In this document: positions 47,035 to 57,497 of the stretch, piece after piece
How the letters are laid out: each line of letters opens with the position of its first letter
Position numbering within the stretch: the stretch's first letter is position 1
NCBI GenBank assembly: GCA_964346725.1
Contig: CAYFVM010000002.1
Location: 80,326-144,325, forward strand
DNA: 64,000 nt
Direction of reading: 5' to 3'
From: an uncultured Bacteroidales bacterium
Lineage (GTDB): Bacteria > Bacteroidota > Bacteroidia > Bacteroidales > UBA1715
The notes under the pieces: generated by a model
What the model was told of the DNA's origin: nothing
Databases searched by the model: none
What the model saw: the letters and a program-made list of their open reading frames with translations, nothing else
Made by a program: the position numbers and the translations under genes

Positions 47035-47740
47035 TATGTTCAAGGATACTGAAAAGTCCAATAGCCGTCAAATTTGGATAGGCAAAGATGGTTTTTTTTA
47101 TTCTTTTTTCAAAGAAATGCCAATCTCCGCCAGTAATTATGGGCGTAATGTTCTGATATTCAATTGTGTAATTGTCTAAATATTGATCTATTTCATATAC
47201 GATACCGTTAATTACTCCATTAATAATAGCACTATTGGTATTTTTTCCAATAAGAGACTCTTCGCTATCGGTAGCGTGGAGAAGTGGTAGATTTTCCGTA
47301 AATTCATGCAAGGCTTTAAAGCGACTATTTAGCCCTAGAGAAATATTTCCTCCAATAAATGTACTATTGCTATCTACAAAATCAATAGTAATTGCTGTAC
47401 CTAAGTCGAAAATTAGTTTGTTTTGGTGCGGATTCATTCTTTCTGCACCAACACAAGCTGCAATCCTATCAAGACCAAGGGTTTTAGGTGTTTCGTATGC
47501 AATTTTTATAGGGATTTTAGTCGAATGGGTAAATTCTATTACGTTACGACAATTCAAGCGACTCAGTATGTCGCGTGTATCAAATTTAGAAACATTGCAT
47601 ATGATTGCATTTAAAACAGGTTTTTGATACCCGTTTTTGAAGAAATCGGCATATTCCCAACGAAAAACGTCAATAATTGCCCCATTGCTCATGGTCGTGC
47701 ATTTCAGGAAACTATTACCGGCATCAATTGCAAGATTCAT
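47024..47740 (-). CDS. coaX: type III pantothenate kinase
   Basis: 238 aa, MNLAIDAGNSFLK...GLDRIAA..GA...DLGTAITID, ASKHA-fold CoaX motifs. Confidence 0.9.
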   Translation of the reverse strand: MNLAIDAGNSFLKCTTMSNGAIIDVFRWEYADFFKNGYQKPVLNAIICNVSKFDTRDILSRLNCRNVIEFTHSTKIPIKIAYETPKTLGLDRIAACVGAERMNPHQNKLIFDLGTAITIDFVDSNSTFIGGNISLGLNSRFKALHEFTENLPLLHATDSEESLIGKNTNSAIINGVINGIVYEIDQYLDNYTIEYQNITPIITGGDWHFFEKRIKKTIFAYPNLTAIGLFSILEHNEK

Positions 47741-47757
47741 TCTATTTTAATTTTGGG

Positions 47758-47765
47758 CAAAGATA
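47758..47765 (-). promoter_or_regulatory. -7 box TAtcTTTG (coaX string)
   Basis: Reverse-strand TAnnTTTG match 17 nt upstream of the ATG at 47740. Confidence 0.45.
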
Positions 47766-48000
47766 ATGATTATGTCAATTTTTTTAAGTAATCTCTACCC
47801 TTTTGCAAAAAAAACGATGAAAGGGTCAATTTTATTTGAAGTGAGGGTGATTTTATTATTAATAAAAAAAATACCAATTTGTAATCCTATTTTTTCGTTT
47901 TTTGCTTTATAATTGATTGTGTTTTATCCAAAAAATATGAGAATAAAATTCGTTTGGTATTGTTTTTGCAAAATGAAATTGAATTTATATTTTTGAAGTG

Positions 48001-48591
48001 ATGAAAAAAGTAGTAGCAATTATAATCGGATTGTGTTTCGGCCTTGCAAGCTTTGGGCAGCAAAAGATTGCTCAAGGTGGTTTTTTGTTGCCAGCTGTGA
48101 TAATAGATGGGGACACCTTAGCTGTTGTACAAATGCCACGTATATATGCGTTCCCTAATTTGAAATTTGCTTCCAATAACGATTATTTAAAGTATCGTCG
48201 TTTGGTACGCGATGTTAAAAAAATGTATCCGTATGTACTCATTGCAAAACAAACCTTTATGGAAGTACAAATGATTATGGATTCCTTGCCAAACAATCGT
48301 CAACGCAATAAATATGTAAAAGCAAAAGAGCAAGAGTTGTGGGACTTGTATGCAAAGGAATTGATGTCATGCACTGTGCATCAAGGTGAAATTCTTATTA
48401 AATTGGTGAATAGGGAACTTAATTATACGCCGTATGATATTATAAAAGAATTGCGTGGAAGTTTTTCTGCATTCATGTGGCAAGGAATGGCAAAAACCTT
48501 CGGAGAGTCACTTAAAAGCTCTTATGACGTAGAAGGTGAGGATAAAATGATAGAACGAATTGTTTTGCAGTTGGAACAAGGAACAATATAA
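48001..48591 (+). CDS. DUF4294-like secreted protein
   Basis: About 196 aa with a signal peptide ending SFGQQ. The assignment rests on my memory of this Bacteroidota-specific family. The track start at 47998 is GTG, and an ATG follows at 48001. Confidence 0.6.
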   Translation: MKKVVAIIIGLCFGLASFGQQKIAQGGFLLPAVIIDGDTLAVVQMPRIYAFPNLKFASNNDYLKYRRLVRDVKKMYPYVLIAKQTFMEVQMIMDSLPNNRQRNKYVKAKEQELWDLYAKELMSCTVHQGEILIKLVNRELNYTPYDIIKELRGSFSAFMWQGMAKTFGESLKSSYDVEGEDKMIERIVLQLEQGTI

Positions 48592-48594
48592 ATT

Positions 48595-50019
48595 TTACAC
48601 TCCTTCGCCCGAAACTACTGTTTTGATAGTGTATATCAATATTCTAATGTCAAGGTAAATTGACATATTTTCAATATAAATTATATCATATTTCATGCGG
48701 CTTGCCATTTCTTCTGGACTTTGTGCATAGCCGTATTTTACCTGTCCCAACGAGGTAATGCCCGGACGAATTTTTTGCAAATGCGTATAATGGGGGGCAA
48801 TAGCTACAATTTGATCAATAAAGAATTGACGTTCGGGACGAGGTCCTACGAGTGACATATCTCCAATCAACACATTGAAAAATTGAGGAATCTCATCTAT
48901 ACGATATCTTCTCATAATCCGTCCCCATGGGGTTATTCTATCATCGTTCTCTGACGATAGGCGAGGTCCTTCCGACTCGGAATCAACATACATAGAGCGG
49001 AATTTGTAAATATTAAATGGCTTACCGTATTGTCCTATGCGCTCTTGCTTGTATAATATCGGTCCCTTTGATGATAATTTTACCATGATTGCGGTAAAAA
49101 GGTATATAGGAGTTCCAATAAGGAGCACAATAATAGAAATGAGAATATCACCAAATCGTTTGACTTTTTCTTGCCAAACAGGCATTACATTTTGTGAAAT
49201 AACAATTAGTGGTTCTTCGTGGATAGAATCAAATGTAACACGTCCCGAGATAATATCACAATTATCTGGTATCGCTTTGACTATGGCTTTTGTCCCTAAT
49301 AGACAATGCAATATGTGCTCTAGATATTGATGCTCTTTGGATTCAATGGCAATAATGACTTCTTCAACCTTGTATTGTTTAAGAAATGTTTTTACTTCGT
49401 CAATATTTCCCAAATGAGGTATATATTTTGCCATTTGGTAGTTTTCTTGCTGAATTACATTTACGAATCCAATGAATTTATTTCCAGCAGATTTTTTTGC
49501 CGATGTAAGTTGTTTATATAATTGTTCGGCACGCGCATTACTTCCTATCAGTAGGGTGTTGAATCCTATTTTTCGATTGATGACTTTCTTTTTTGTAACA
49601 GTAATTATGATGTAACGTGGAATATATGTTACAACAAAATGTATTGACAACAAGAGTAGGAGCGATACGTAGTATGCTTTGTAGCTCGGAACGTTGTCAT
49701 CGAGTATTATAGCAAAAAAGAGGATAGATGAGCCTAAAATTGTTACCCATATCGTGTTGATGAATTCTTTGAGTCGGGATTTACGGTAGACCTGTTTGTA
49801 GCTACTGCTCAAATAGTATAATGTAATCCACATGAAGGGGATAAAACAAAGACCATAGATATAATTGATGTCCATAGTAATGAGCCCTTTGTGGTGTGGG
49901 AATTTCATGTAGTATGCATCAATATATTCATTACGAACAAAAAAGAAAAGTGTCCATGCGATAGCTGCGGTTATAAAATCGCATACTAAAAACATTATTG
50001 TTTGTCGTTTCTTATTCAT
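48595..50019 (-). CDS. polyprenyl-phosphate sugar phosphotransferase (WbaP/WcaJ-like initiating transferase)
   Basis: 474 aa with N-terminal TM helices and the C-terminal bacterial sugar-transferase domain (KFRSM..D.E...P......DDRITPWGR.MRR..IDE.PQFFNVL.GDMS.VGPRP). Confidence 0.9.
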   Translation of the reverse strand: MNKKRQTIMFLVCDFITAAIAWTLFFFVRNEYIDAYYMKFPHHKGLITMDINYIYGLCFIPFMWITLYYLSSSYKQVYRKSRLKEFINTIWVTILGSSILFFAIILDDNVPSYKAYYVSLLLLLSIHFVVTYIPRYIIITVTKKKVINRKIGFNTLLIGSNARAEQLYKQLTSAKKSAGNKFIGFVNVIQQENYQMAKYIPHLGNIDEVKTFLKQYKVEEVIIAIESKEHQYLEHILHCLLGTKAIVKAIPDNCDIISGRVTFDSIHEEPLIVISQNVMPVWQEKVKRFGDILISIIVLLIGTPIYLFTAIMVKLSSKGPILYKQERIGQYGKPFNIYKFRSMYVDSESEGPRLSSENDDRITPWGRIMRRYRIDEIPQFFNVLIGDMSLVGPRPERQFFIDQIVAIAPHYTHLQKIRPGITSLGQVKYGYAQSPEEMASRMKYDIIYIENMSIYLDIRILIYTIKTVVSGEGV

Positions 50020-50036
50020 ACCAGCAATTCAGTTCT

Positions 50037-50044
50037 CAAATGTA
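50037..50044 (-). promoter_or_regulatory. -7 box TAcaTTTG (sugar phosphotransferase)
   Basis: Reverse-strand TAnnTTTG match 17 nt upstream of the ATG at 50019. Confidence 0.45.
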
Positions 50045-50068
50045 CATAAATTTGTTAAAGACACATTT

Positions 50069-51067
50069 TTATGATGTGCAATTTCGGCACATTATTATTT
50101 GTTTTCGGTTTGTAAGTATCGTTTTCCTGAAATTCAGGTATTTTTTTGAATCCCATATGTCGCGGAAACGCATATCTTGTATAGTACCAAATGTGAATGT
50201 GTGATTTTTGTCAAAGCAGCAGGGGAGAACGTTTCCATTCCATGCTACAACGCACGAACTCCACATTTTCCAGCAGTGATTTTTAATCTTCTTTTTTATG
50301 GTAAGATTGCTGTCGTGATAGTCGTATCGACTATTTTTCTGCGAAGGCAGCATGTCAATGTTTTGCGTGTCGTAGAATTGTGCGGTTTTGAAAGTAACAA
50401 GGTTGGCGTTGTATTGTTTCGCAATACGGTTTATTTCGTCTTTGTGGCCTTCGGTATGAGAAAATAGCAAACACTGAACTTCCACAAGAGGATAGTTCGA
50501 CTGTGCGTTAGCTTTGGCTTGTTGTATGTTTTTGAGACCTTCTACAACTTTCGCGAAATTTCCACCTTGGCGGTATTTTTCGTAGGTTGTTTGGTCGTAA
50601 CCGTCGAGTGAAACAATGAGTTTGGTTAGTTTCGCAGCAACCAGTTGTTGTGCGATTTCTGTTGTAAGAAAATGTGCGTTGGTTGAAAGTGACGAAAGTA
50701 TTTTCGCTTCCGAAAGCAAGGCAACTATTTTCGTGGTTTCGGCGTTTACAAGCGGTTCACCTTGAAAATACACGTTTGCAAACCATGTGTGGGTTTGTAT
50801 TTGAGGTACAAGTTTTTGTACCATTTCTACGGTGATTTTACCTTTTGCTACGGTACTTTGTCCGTTGCCTGTGGGACATTCGGGGCAGTGCAAATTGCAA
50901 ATATTTGTTGGCTCAATGCTTATAGAAATAGGGCGTCCCGCAATGTTACCTTGTTTATTTATGCGTGCAGCATAATACGAGCAACAAACTTTCAGCACAT
51001 TCCATAGACGAGCAATGGAAAATCTTCGAATAAGTTGTAAGGTAAAAAGTAGGTAAAATTGTATCAT
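50069..51067 (-). CDS. radical SAM enzyme with SPASM/twitch-type C-terminal Cys cluster
   Basis: 332 aa. CNLHCPEC (the CxxxCxxC cluster) follows a hydrophobic N-terminus. C-terminal cysteines are CWKMWSSC...LPCCFD...CRNC. Confidence 0.85.
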   Translation of the reverse strand: MIQFYLLFTLQLIRRFSIARLWNVLKVCCSYYAARINKQGNIAGRPISISIEPTNICNLHCPECPTGNGQSTVAKGKITVEMVQKLVPQIQTHTWFANVYFQGEPLVNAETTKIVALLSEAKILSSLSTNAHFLTTEIAQQLVAAKLTKLIVSLDGYDQTTYEKYRQGGNFAKVVEGLKNIQQAKANAQSNYPLVEVQCLLFSHTEGHKDEINRIAKQYNANLVTFKTAQFYDTQNIDMLPSQKNSRYDYHDSNLTIKKKIKNHCWKMWSSCVVAWNGNVLPCCFDKNHTFTFGTIQDMRFRDIWDSKKYLNFRKTILTNRKQIIMCRNCTS

Positions 51068-51082
51068 GTTTCTATAGTAATG

Positions 51083-51118
51083 AAAAAAAATCCCCGAAAA
51101 ATATTTCGAGGATTTTTT
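51083..51118 (-). terminator. rho-independent terminator of frdCAB
   Basis: The reverse strand reads AAAAAATCCTCGAAA-TATTT-TTCGGGGATTTTTTTT (one mismatch in the stem, long T-run), 23 nt after the frdB stop. Confidence 0.7.
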
Positions 51119-51140
51119 AGTAATAAAGTGATTTCAAGAA

Positions 51141-51902
51141 TTAATCTTGGAATTTTGCGCATAAGAACTCGCGGTTTAAGCGAGCGATGTTTGTAATAGA
51201 AACGCCTTTTGGACATTCTGCTTCACAAGCACCAGTGTTAGTACAGTTTCCGAAACCAAGTTCATCCATTTTGGCAACCATTGCTTTCGCACGGCGAACT
51301 GCTTCAATTCTTCCTTGTGGAAGAAGAGCCAATTGAGAAACTTTTGCAGAAACGAACAACATGGCTGAACCGTTTTTACATGTTGCAACGCAAGCACCGC
51401 AACCAATACATGAAGCTGCATCCATTGCTTCGTCAGCGTCTTTCTTAGGAATTGCAATAGCATTTCCGTCGGGAACACCACCAGTGTTAACTGATACGAA
51501 ACCGCCGGCTTGCATGATTTTGTCAAATGCACTACGGTCCACAATCAAATCTTTGATGATAGGGAAACCTGCCGAACGCCATGGCTCTACAGTGATTGTA
51601 TCACCATCTTTGAATTTACGCATGTGCAATTGGCAAGTAGTTACATGGTCGTCAGGACCGTGTGCTTCACCGTTGATGTACATAGAACACATACCGCAAA
51701 TACCTTCACGGCAGTCGTGATCAAATGCAATAGGTTCTTTTCCTTCGTTAATGAGTTGTTCGTTAAGAACATCCATCATTTCCAAGAATGAACTATTAGG
51801 TGAAATATCTTTTAAAGAATATGTTTCAAAATGACCTTGTTCTTTGGGACCTTTTTGTCTCCAAACTTTTAGTGTCAAATCCAAGTTTTGTACTTCGCTC
51901 AT
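51141..51902 (-). CDS. frdB: fumarate reductase / succinate dehydrogenase iron-sulfur subunit
   Basis: 253 aa. Cys clusters are [20 protein letters not shown] and [12 protein letters not shown]. Confidence 0.95.
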   Translation of the reverse strand: MSEVQNLDLTLKVWRQKGPKEQGHFETYSLKDISPNSSFLEMMDVLNEQLINEGKEPIAFDHDCREGICGMCSMYINGEAHGPDDHVTTCQLHMRKFKDGDTITVEPWRSAGFPIIKDLIVDRSAFDKIMQAGGFVSVNTGGVPDGNAIAIPKKDADEAMDAASCIGCGACVATCKNGSAMLFVSAKVSQLALLPQGRIEAVRRAKAMVAKMDELGFGNCTNTGACEAECPKGVSITNIARLNREFLCAKFQD

Positions 51903-51944
51903 AACTCGATATATTTTAATCCGTTAGGGATGTTAGACAAATGA

Positions 51945-53882
51945 TTACTTATAATTTCTTTGTTTTAATTCGACAAATTCGAATTTCAACTCTTCTTTGT
52001 GAAGTTCTGGTTCTACATTGTCACCTTTGTATTCCCAAGCGCCAACGTATGCATATTTTGAATCGTCACGTTTTGCTTCACCTTCTTCTGTTTGATGTTC
52101 TTCACGGAAGTGACCGCCACATGATTCTTCACGTTGTAAAGCATCGCGAGCTAAGAGTTCTCCTAATTCCAAGAAATCAGCAACACGATTTGCTTTTTCA
52201 AGCTCAACGTTTAATTCATCTGCTGTTCCAGGAATACGAACATTTTGCCAGAATTCTGCACGAAGTTCTTGAATCATTTTGATACCTTCTTGAAGACTTT
52301 CTTTTGTTCTTCCCATACCAACATGTTCCCACATGATATGTCCCAATTTCTTGTGAATGCTATCAACTGATTCTTTACCTTGAATGCTCATCAATTTGTT
52401 GATGTGTCCTTTTACGTCAGCAACAGTTTTGGCAAATTCGCCTTGTGCTGTGTCCATTCTTGGCGTATGAAGTTCATCAGCCAAATAATTTTGAAGTGTG
52501 TAAGGAAGAACGAAATATCCATCAGCCAAACCTTGCATAAGAGCAGAAGCACCTAATCGGTTAGCTCCGTGGTCAGAGAAGTTAGCTTCACCGGCTGCGA
52601 ACAATCCAGGGATAGTTGTTTGTAATTCATAATCAACCCAAATTCCACCCATTGTGTAGTGAATAGCTGGGTAAATCTTCATTGGAGTTTCGTATGGATT
52701 ATCGTTGGTAATTTTTTCGTACATCTGGAATAAGTTACCATAACGTGCTTCTACTACATCTTTTCCAAGACGTTCTATAGCATATTTGAAATCCAAAAAT
52801 ACTGCTCCACTTTTTTCAATTCCGTAACCATTGTCGCAACGTTCTTTTGCTGCACGAGATGCAACGTCACGAGGTACTAAGTTACCGAAAGCTGGGTAGC
52901 GACGTTCCAAATAGAAATCGCGATCTGCTTCAGGAATATCAGTTGCTTTTTTGCGCCCTTCACGAACTGCTTCAGCGTCTTCTTTCTTTGCTGGAGCCCA
53001 AATACGTCCATCGTTACGAAGAGATTCTGACATCAATGTAAGTTTTGATTGGAATTCTCCATGAACTGGAATACATGTTGGGTGAATTTGAACGTAGCAA
53101 GGGTTTGCAAAGTAAGCACCTTTTTTGTATGCTTTCCATGCTGCACTACCGTTAGAACCCATTGCGTTAGTTGACAAGAAATATACGTTTCCGTATCCAC
53201 CGGTACAAAGTACAACTGCGTGGCCGAAATGTGCGTCAATTTCTCCGGTAATTAAATTTCTGGTAACAATACCACGACATTTGCCATCAACAACAACAAT
53301 GTCCATCAACTCGGTACGAGTATACATTTTAACAGTACCTTTTCCAATTTGACGACTTAATGCGCTATATGCACCAAGTAGTAATTGTTGTCCTGTTTGT
53401 CCTTTTGCGTAGAACGTACGAGAAACTTGAGCACCACCGAAAGAACGGTTGTCTAATAAGCCTCCGTAATCGCGAGCGAAAGGAACGCCTTGAGCAACAC
53501 ATTGGTCTATAATGTTGTTGCTTACTTCAGCCAAACGATAAACGTTAGCTTCGCGTGCACGATAGTCGCCACCTTTAATGGTGTCGTAAAACAAACGATA
53601 TGCACTATCGCCATCGTTTTGATAATTTTTTGCTGCATTGATACCACCTTGTGCTGCAATAGAGTGAGCACGACGTGGACTATCTTGATAACAAAAACAT
53701 TTTACGTTAAATCCAAGTTCGCCAAGAGAAGCTGATGCAGAAGCACCTGCTAAACCAGAACCAACTACTATAACATCAAGTTTACGTTTATTCGATGGGT
53801 TTACAAGTTTCTGATGAGCTTTGTAATTTGACCACTTTTCGAATAAATGACCTTCCGGTATTCTACTATTTAATGTTGCCAT
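51945..53882 (-). CDS. frdA: fumarate reductase / succinate dehydrogenase flavoprotein subunit
   Basis: 645 aa with [11 protein letters not shown], the FAD-attachment segment [19 protein letters not shown] and GANRLGA. Confidence 0.95.
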   Translation of the reverse strand: MATLNSRIPEGHLFEKWSNYKAHQKLVNPSNKRKLDVIVVGSGLAGASASASLGELGFNVKCFCYQDSPRRAHSIAAQGGINAAKNYQNDGDSAYRLFYDTIKGGDYRAREANVYRLAEVSNNIIDQCVAQGVPFARDYGGLLDNRSFGGAQVSRTFYAKGQTGQQLLLGAYSALSRQIGKGTVKMYTRTELMDIVVVDGKCRGIVTRNLITGEIDAHFGHAVVLCTGGYGNVYFLSTNAMGSNGSAAWKAYKKGAYFANPCYVQIHPTCIPVHGEFQSKLTLMSESLRNDGRIWAPAKKEDAEAVREGRKKATDIPEADRDFYLERRYPAFGNLVPRDVASRAAKERCDNGYGIEKSGAVFLDFKYAIERLGKDVVEARYGNLFQMYEKITNDNPYETPMKIYPAIHYTMGGIWVDYELQTTIPGLFAAGEANFSDHGANRLGASALMQGLADGYFVLPYTLQNYLADELHTPRMDTAQGEFAKTVADVKGHINKLMSIQGKESVDSIHKKLGHIMWEHVGMGRTKESLQEGIKMIQELRAEFWQNVRIPGTADELNVELEKANRVADFLELGELLARDALQREESCGGHFREEHQTEEGEAKRDDSKYAYVGAWEYKGDNVEPELHKEELKFEFVELKQRNYK

Positions 53883-53919
53883 AATATCTTATTTTCAGTA
53901 TGAGTTAAACAAAAGTTAG

Positions 53920-54603
53920 TTAAGCAGCGCAACAGCCTTGTACGAAAAAGAATACAACTACTGCAACGAATGCTAGGCAAATAATGGTAGCAAGAATGTC
54001 TCCGAAACATTGTAAACGGGACATCCATATTTTGTTGTTCCAACCAATTGTTTGGAATGCACTCCAAAATCCGTGAGTTAAGTGGAACCAAATAGCAACC
54101 AACCAAATAATATAGCTAATAGCAACAGGAACTTGGCTAAAATAGTAAGCAATCCATGCAGCACCATCAGTTGGACTATACATTCCTTCAATTCCTGCTA
54201 ATTCTGCAAACATCATTTTGTACCAGAATTGGCTTAAGTGAAGACCTATACCAAGAATAATAATGATTCCAAGTACAAGCATATTGTTTGATGCCCATTC
54301 TACAGATGCAGGACGAACTGTTGCTGCATATTTGTTAGCGCCGCGAGCTTTACGATTCTGAATTGTAAGAATAAATGCATACAAAAAGTGGATAAGCATA
54401 CCTAATGCAAGACCGCCTGTAGCAATTAATGCATACCAATTCGTTCCCAAAAATTCACATATCGCATTGTATGCGTCACCTGAGAAAATCGCAACAGAGT
54501 TCATAGTTGCATGGAAAAGTAAAAACAGAATCAAACACAACCCTGTAATACTCATCAAAAATTTCTTCCCTATCGAAGAAGTTAAAAGATTAGGATTTGA
54601 CAT
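53920..54603 (-). CDS. frdC: fumarate reductase / succinate dehydrogenase cytochrome b subunit (Bacteroidota type)
   Basis: 227 aa with five TM helices containing conserved His residues. It is the first gene of the frdCAB operon, with a TAttTTTG box 39 nt upstream. Confidence 0.85.
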   Translation of the reverse strand: MSNPNLLTSSIGKKFLMSITGLCLILFLLFHATMNSVAIFSGDAYNAICEFLGTNWYALIATGGLALGMLIHFLYAFILTIQNRKARGANKYAATVRPASVEWASNNMLVLGIIIILGIGLHLSQFWYKMMFAELAGIEGMYSPTDGAAWIAYYFSQVPVAISYIIWLVAIWFHLTHGFWSAFQTIGWNNKIWMSRLQCFGDILATIICLAFVAVVVFFFVQGCCAA

Positions 54604-54642
54604 AAAATTATTTTTTTAGTTTGCTTTAATAATTTATTGTTG

Positions 54643-54650
54643 CAAAAATA
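54643..54650 (-). promoter_or_regulatory. -7 box TAttTTTG (frdCAB)
   Basis: Reverse-strand TAnnTTTG match 39 nt upstream of the ATG at 54603. Confidence 0.45.
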
Positions 54651-54732
54651 CATTTTTTATAATAAAACCTACAAAAGTTAGGTCTATTATTACTAATATT
54701 TTTATTCTGAGTGGCGATTGAATTTATTTTAT

Positions 54733-54740
54733 TATTTTTG
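54733..54740 (+). promoter_or_regulatory. -7 box TAttTTTG (glyQS string)
   Basis: TAnnTTTG match 31 nt upstream of the ATG at 54772. Confidence 0.45.
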
Positions 54741-54771
54741 CTCGCTAATAAAATAATGTGTAAAGAATACA

Positions 54772-56310
54772 ATGGCAGATGATTTATTGAAAAAAGTTAT
54801 CGCTCATTCAAAGGAATATGGCTTTATATTCCCATCGAGCGAGATATACGACGGCTTAGGAGCTGTGTATGATTATGGTCAAAATGGTGTTGAATTAAAG
54901 AATAATATAAAGCAGTATTGGTGGAATGCCATGGTGCGTTTGCATGAAAATGTAGTGGGTCTTGACTCATCAATTTTTATGCACCCAACAATATGGAAAG
55001 CTTCTGGTCACGTTGATGCGTTCAATGACCCATTGATTGACAACAAAGATTCTAAGAAACGCTATCGCGCTGACGTGTTGATTGAAGAAGAACGTGAAAA
55101 ACACAATCAGAAAATTCTTAAAGAGATAGAAAAAAGTCGTAAAAAATTCGGTGATGATTTCGATGAAGCAAAAGCTCGCGAAACTAATCCGAACATTTTA
55201 CGCGAACAAGCAAAGATTGATGAAATAACAAAACAATATGATGCAGCATTGAATGCAAACGATTTGGGTGCTATGCGTCAATTGATTATTGATTTAGGAA
55301 TTGTTTGTCCTATTTCTGGAACTGTAAACTGGTCTGATGTACGTCAGTTTAATTTGATGTTTGAAACGAAATTAGGTTCTACGGCAGAGGGCGCAAGTTC
55401 TATTTATCTTCGTCCTGAAACTGCTCAAGGTATATTTGTGAACTATTTGAATGTGCAAAAAACCGGTAGAATGAAGATTCCATTTGGTATTGCACAAATT
55501 GGAAAAGCGTTCAGAAATGAAATCGTTGCTCGTCAGTTCGTGTTCCGAATGAGAGAGTTTGAACAAATGGAAATGCAATTTTTCATTCGTCCTGGCTCTG
55601 AATTGGAATGGTTCAAAACTTGGAAAGAAAACCGTATGGCATGGCACGAAGCGCTTGGCATGGGAAGAGAAAACTATCGTTTTCACGACCACGAAAAACT
55701 TGCACATTATGCAAATGCTGCAACTGATATTGAATTCAATTTTCCAATGGGATTCAAAGAACTAGAAGGTATTCATTCACGTACTGACTTTGATTTGAGT
55801 CAACATCAAAAATTCTCAGGAAAGAAAATTCAATACTTTGATCCAGAATTGAACGAAAGCTACACCCCGTACGTTATTGAAACTTCAATCGGTTTGGATA
55901 GAACGGTGTTGGCTGTGTTGAGTCATTCGTATTGCGAAGAAGAAATTGATGGCGAAGTTCGCGAAGTATTACAACTTCCTGCAGAATTGGCTCCGGTGAA
56001 AGTGGCTGTTATGCCGTTGGTAAAGAAAGATGGTTTGCCAGAAGTTGCACAAAAAATAATGCACGATTTGGAAATCGAATGCAATTGCCAATACGAAGAG
56101 AAAGATTCAATCGGAAAACGTTATCGTCGCCAAGATTCAATCGGTACTCCATATTGTGTTACTGTTGACCATCAAACGTTGGAAGATAATACTGTTACCG
56201 TTCGTGAACGTGATAGTATGTCACAAGTTCGTATGCCAATAAGTGAAGTAGTGGCAACTCTTCCACAAAAAGTTTCTTTGAATAATCTATTAAGAAAATT
56301 ACAGAAGTAA
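54772..56310 (+). CDS. glyQS: glycine--tRNA ligase (class II, dimeric type)
   Basis: 512 aa with GFIFPSSEIYDGL...YLRPETAQGIF...FRNEI..R....R.REFEQME. Confidence 0.95.
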   Translation: MADDLLKKVIAHSKEYGFIFPSSEIYDGLGAVYDYGQNGVELKNNIKQYWWNAMVRLHENVVGLDSSIFMHPTIWKASGHVDAFNDPLIDNKDSKKRYRADVLIEEEREKHNQKILKEIEKSRKKFGDDFDEAKARETNPNILREQAKIDEITKQYDAALNANDLGAMRQLIIDLGIVCPISGTVNWSDVRQFNLMFETKLGSTAEGASSIYLRPETAQGIFVNYLNVQKTGRMKIPFGIAQIGKAFRNEIVARQFVFRMREFEQMEMQFFIRPGSELEWFKTWKENRMAWHEALGMGRENYRFHDHEKLAHYANAATDIEFNFPMGFKELEGIHSRTDFDLSQHQKFSGKKIQYFDPELNESYTPYVIETSIGLDRTVLAVLSHSYCEEEIDGEVREVLQLPAELAPVKVAVMPLVKKDGLPEVAQKIMHDLEIECNCQYEEKDSIGKRYRRQDSIGTPYCVTVDHQTLEDNTVTVRERDSMSQVRMPISEVVATLPQKVSLNNLLRKLQK

Positions 56311-56316
56311 ACGCCT

Positions 56317-57207
56317 ATGAAACGCACAACAAAACGACAAAATAAAGTCATTAGACAACGAATTTTTTCGTCATACACATCTACATTGATTAGTGTAGCA
56401 TTGGTTTTGTTTGTGTTGTGCCTTATAGGTTTGTTGCTTACCAGCGAGCGCGCTTTGTCAAAACAAATCAAGGAAAAAGTAGGATTTACTTTGTTCTTAA
56501 AGTCAGACATACGCGAGGCTGATATGTTTGAGTTGCGCAAGCAAATTGATGCAATGGAGATGGTGAAGTCAACCGAATATGTGTCTTCGGAAGAAGCAAA
56601 TAAGCGATTGGCAGAAACGTTAGGACAAAATTATGTTGATTTAGCAGAAGGAAATCCTATTCCGCCATCTCTTGAAGTGCATTTCTACGCTGACTACGCG
56701 ACGCCTGAAAATTTTGTCTTGGTAGAGCAGCAATTCAAGAGTAATGAATTGGTTGATTCCATCCACTATGATAGGTCGCATGTGCAGTCATTAAATTCAA
56801 ACATCAAACGAGTCAGTTTGTTCTTGCTATTATTGAGCGTTTTGCTATTTATGGTTTCGGTTGTTTTGATACACAACACAATCCGTTTGTCTATTTATTC
56901 AAAACGTTTTCTGATACGAACCATGCAACTTATGGGTGCAACGAATCGTTACATTCGTTCTCCATTCCTACTTAGAGGTACGTTCCAAGGCTTTCTGAGC
57001 GGGCTGCTTGCCGTGACTTTAACAGCAGGAATTCTTTATTTTGTTCAAGTTGAAGCTGCAGAAATGTTAAAATATCTTGACTTTGAGCTATTAGGTGTTG
57101 TATTTTTGACAGTGATTTTAGTTGGAATGATGCTCACGTTTATCGCAACGTTTTTTGCTTTAAATAAATTTTTAAAAATTAATACAGACGAATTATACAT
57201 TATATAA
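56317..57207 (+). CDS. ftsX: FtsX-like permease (cell-division ABC transporter membrane component)
   Basis: 296 aa with one TM helix, a periplasmic domain, then three TM helices containing the ...MQLMGAT... motif. Confidence 0.85.
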   Translation: MKRTTKRQNKVIRQRIFSSYTSTLISVALVLFVLCLIGLLLTSERALSKQIKEKVGFTLFLKSDIREADMFELRKQIDAMEMVKSTEYVSSEEANKRLAETLGQNYVDLAEGNPIPPSLEVHFYADYATPENFVLVEQQFKSNELVDSIHYDRSHVQSLNSNIKRVSLFLLLLSVLLFMVSVVLIHNTIRLSIYSKRFLIRTMQLMGATNRYIRSPFLLRGTFQGFLSGLLAVTLTAGILYFVQVEAAEMLKYLDFELLGVVFLTVILVGMMLTFIATFFALNKFLKINTDELYII

Positions 57208-57209
57208 AT

Positions 57210-57497
57210 ATGAATTTCTTTAAAAAAACAGCAGAGGAAGATAGAAATTATACATTTAGTCGTGTGAATTATATCCTCATAACAATTGGTGTAGTGATTC
57301 TTATAGTCGGATTTGTTTTATTGTCCGGTGGAGCTTCAACAAATCCCAATGAATTTTATCCCAATGGCGATGAAACGCAAGTTCCCGAAATTTTTAATTT
57401 CAGAAGATTGACATTGGCTCCAATCGTAATCCTTTTCGGGTTTGTCTTTGAAATCTTTGCTATTTTTTGGAAACCAAGCTCTAAAAACGACAAGTAA
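57210..57497 (+). CDS. DUF3098-like small membrane protein
   Basis: 95 aa with two TM helices. The ftsX / DUF3098 / uppP order matches my recollection of Bacteroidota synteny. Confidence 0.65.
   Translation: MNFFKKTAEEDRNYTFSRVNYILITIGVVILIVGFVLLSGGASTNPNEFYPNGDETQVPEIFNFRRLTLAPIVILFGFVFEIFAIFWKPSSKNDK

Noticed and set aside
47741-47997. A 257-bp divergent intergenic region with a 7-bp inverted repeat (ACCCTTT 47797-47803 / AAAGGGT 47820-47826), and track ORF 47887..48075 (-).
   Set aside because: The stem is short with a 16-nt loop and there are no further copies. The ORF overlaps the DUF4294 start and is low-complexity. This is probably just promoter spacer.
51176-51791. ORFs of 93-122 aa overlapping frdB in other frames.
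   Set aside because: The frdB frame carries all three Fe-S cysteine clusters. The others have no motifs.
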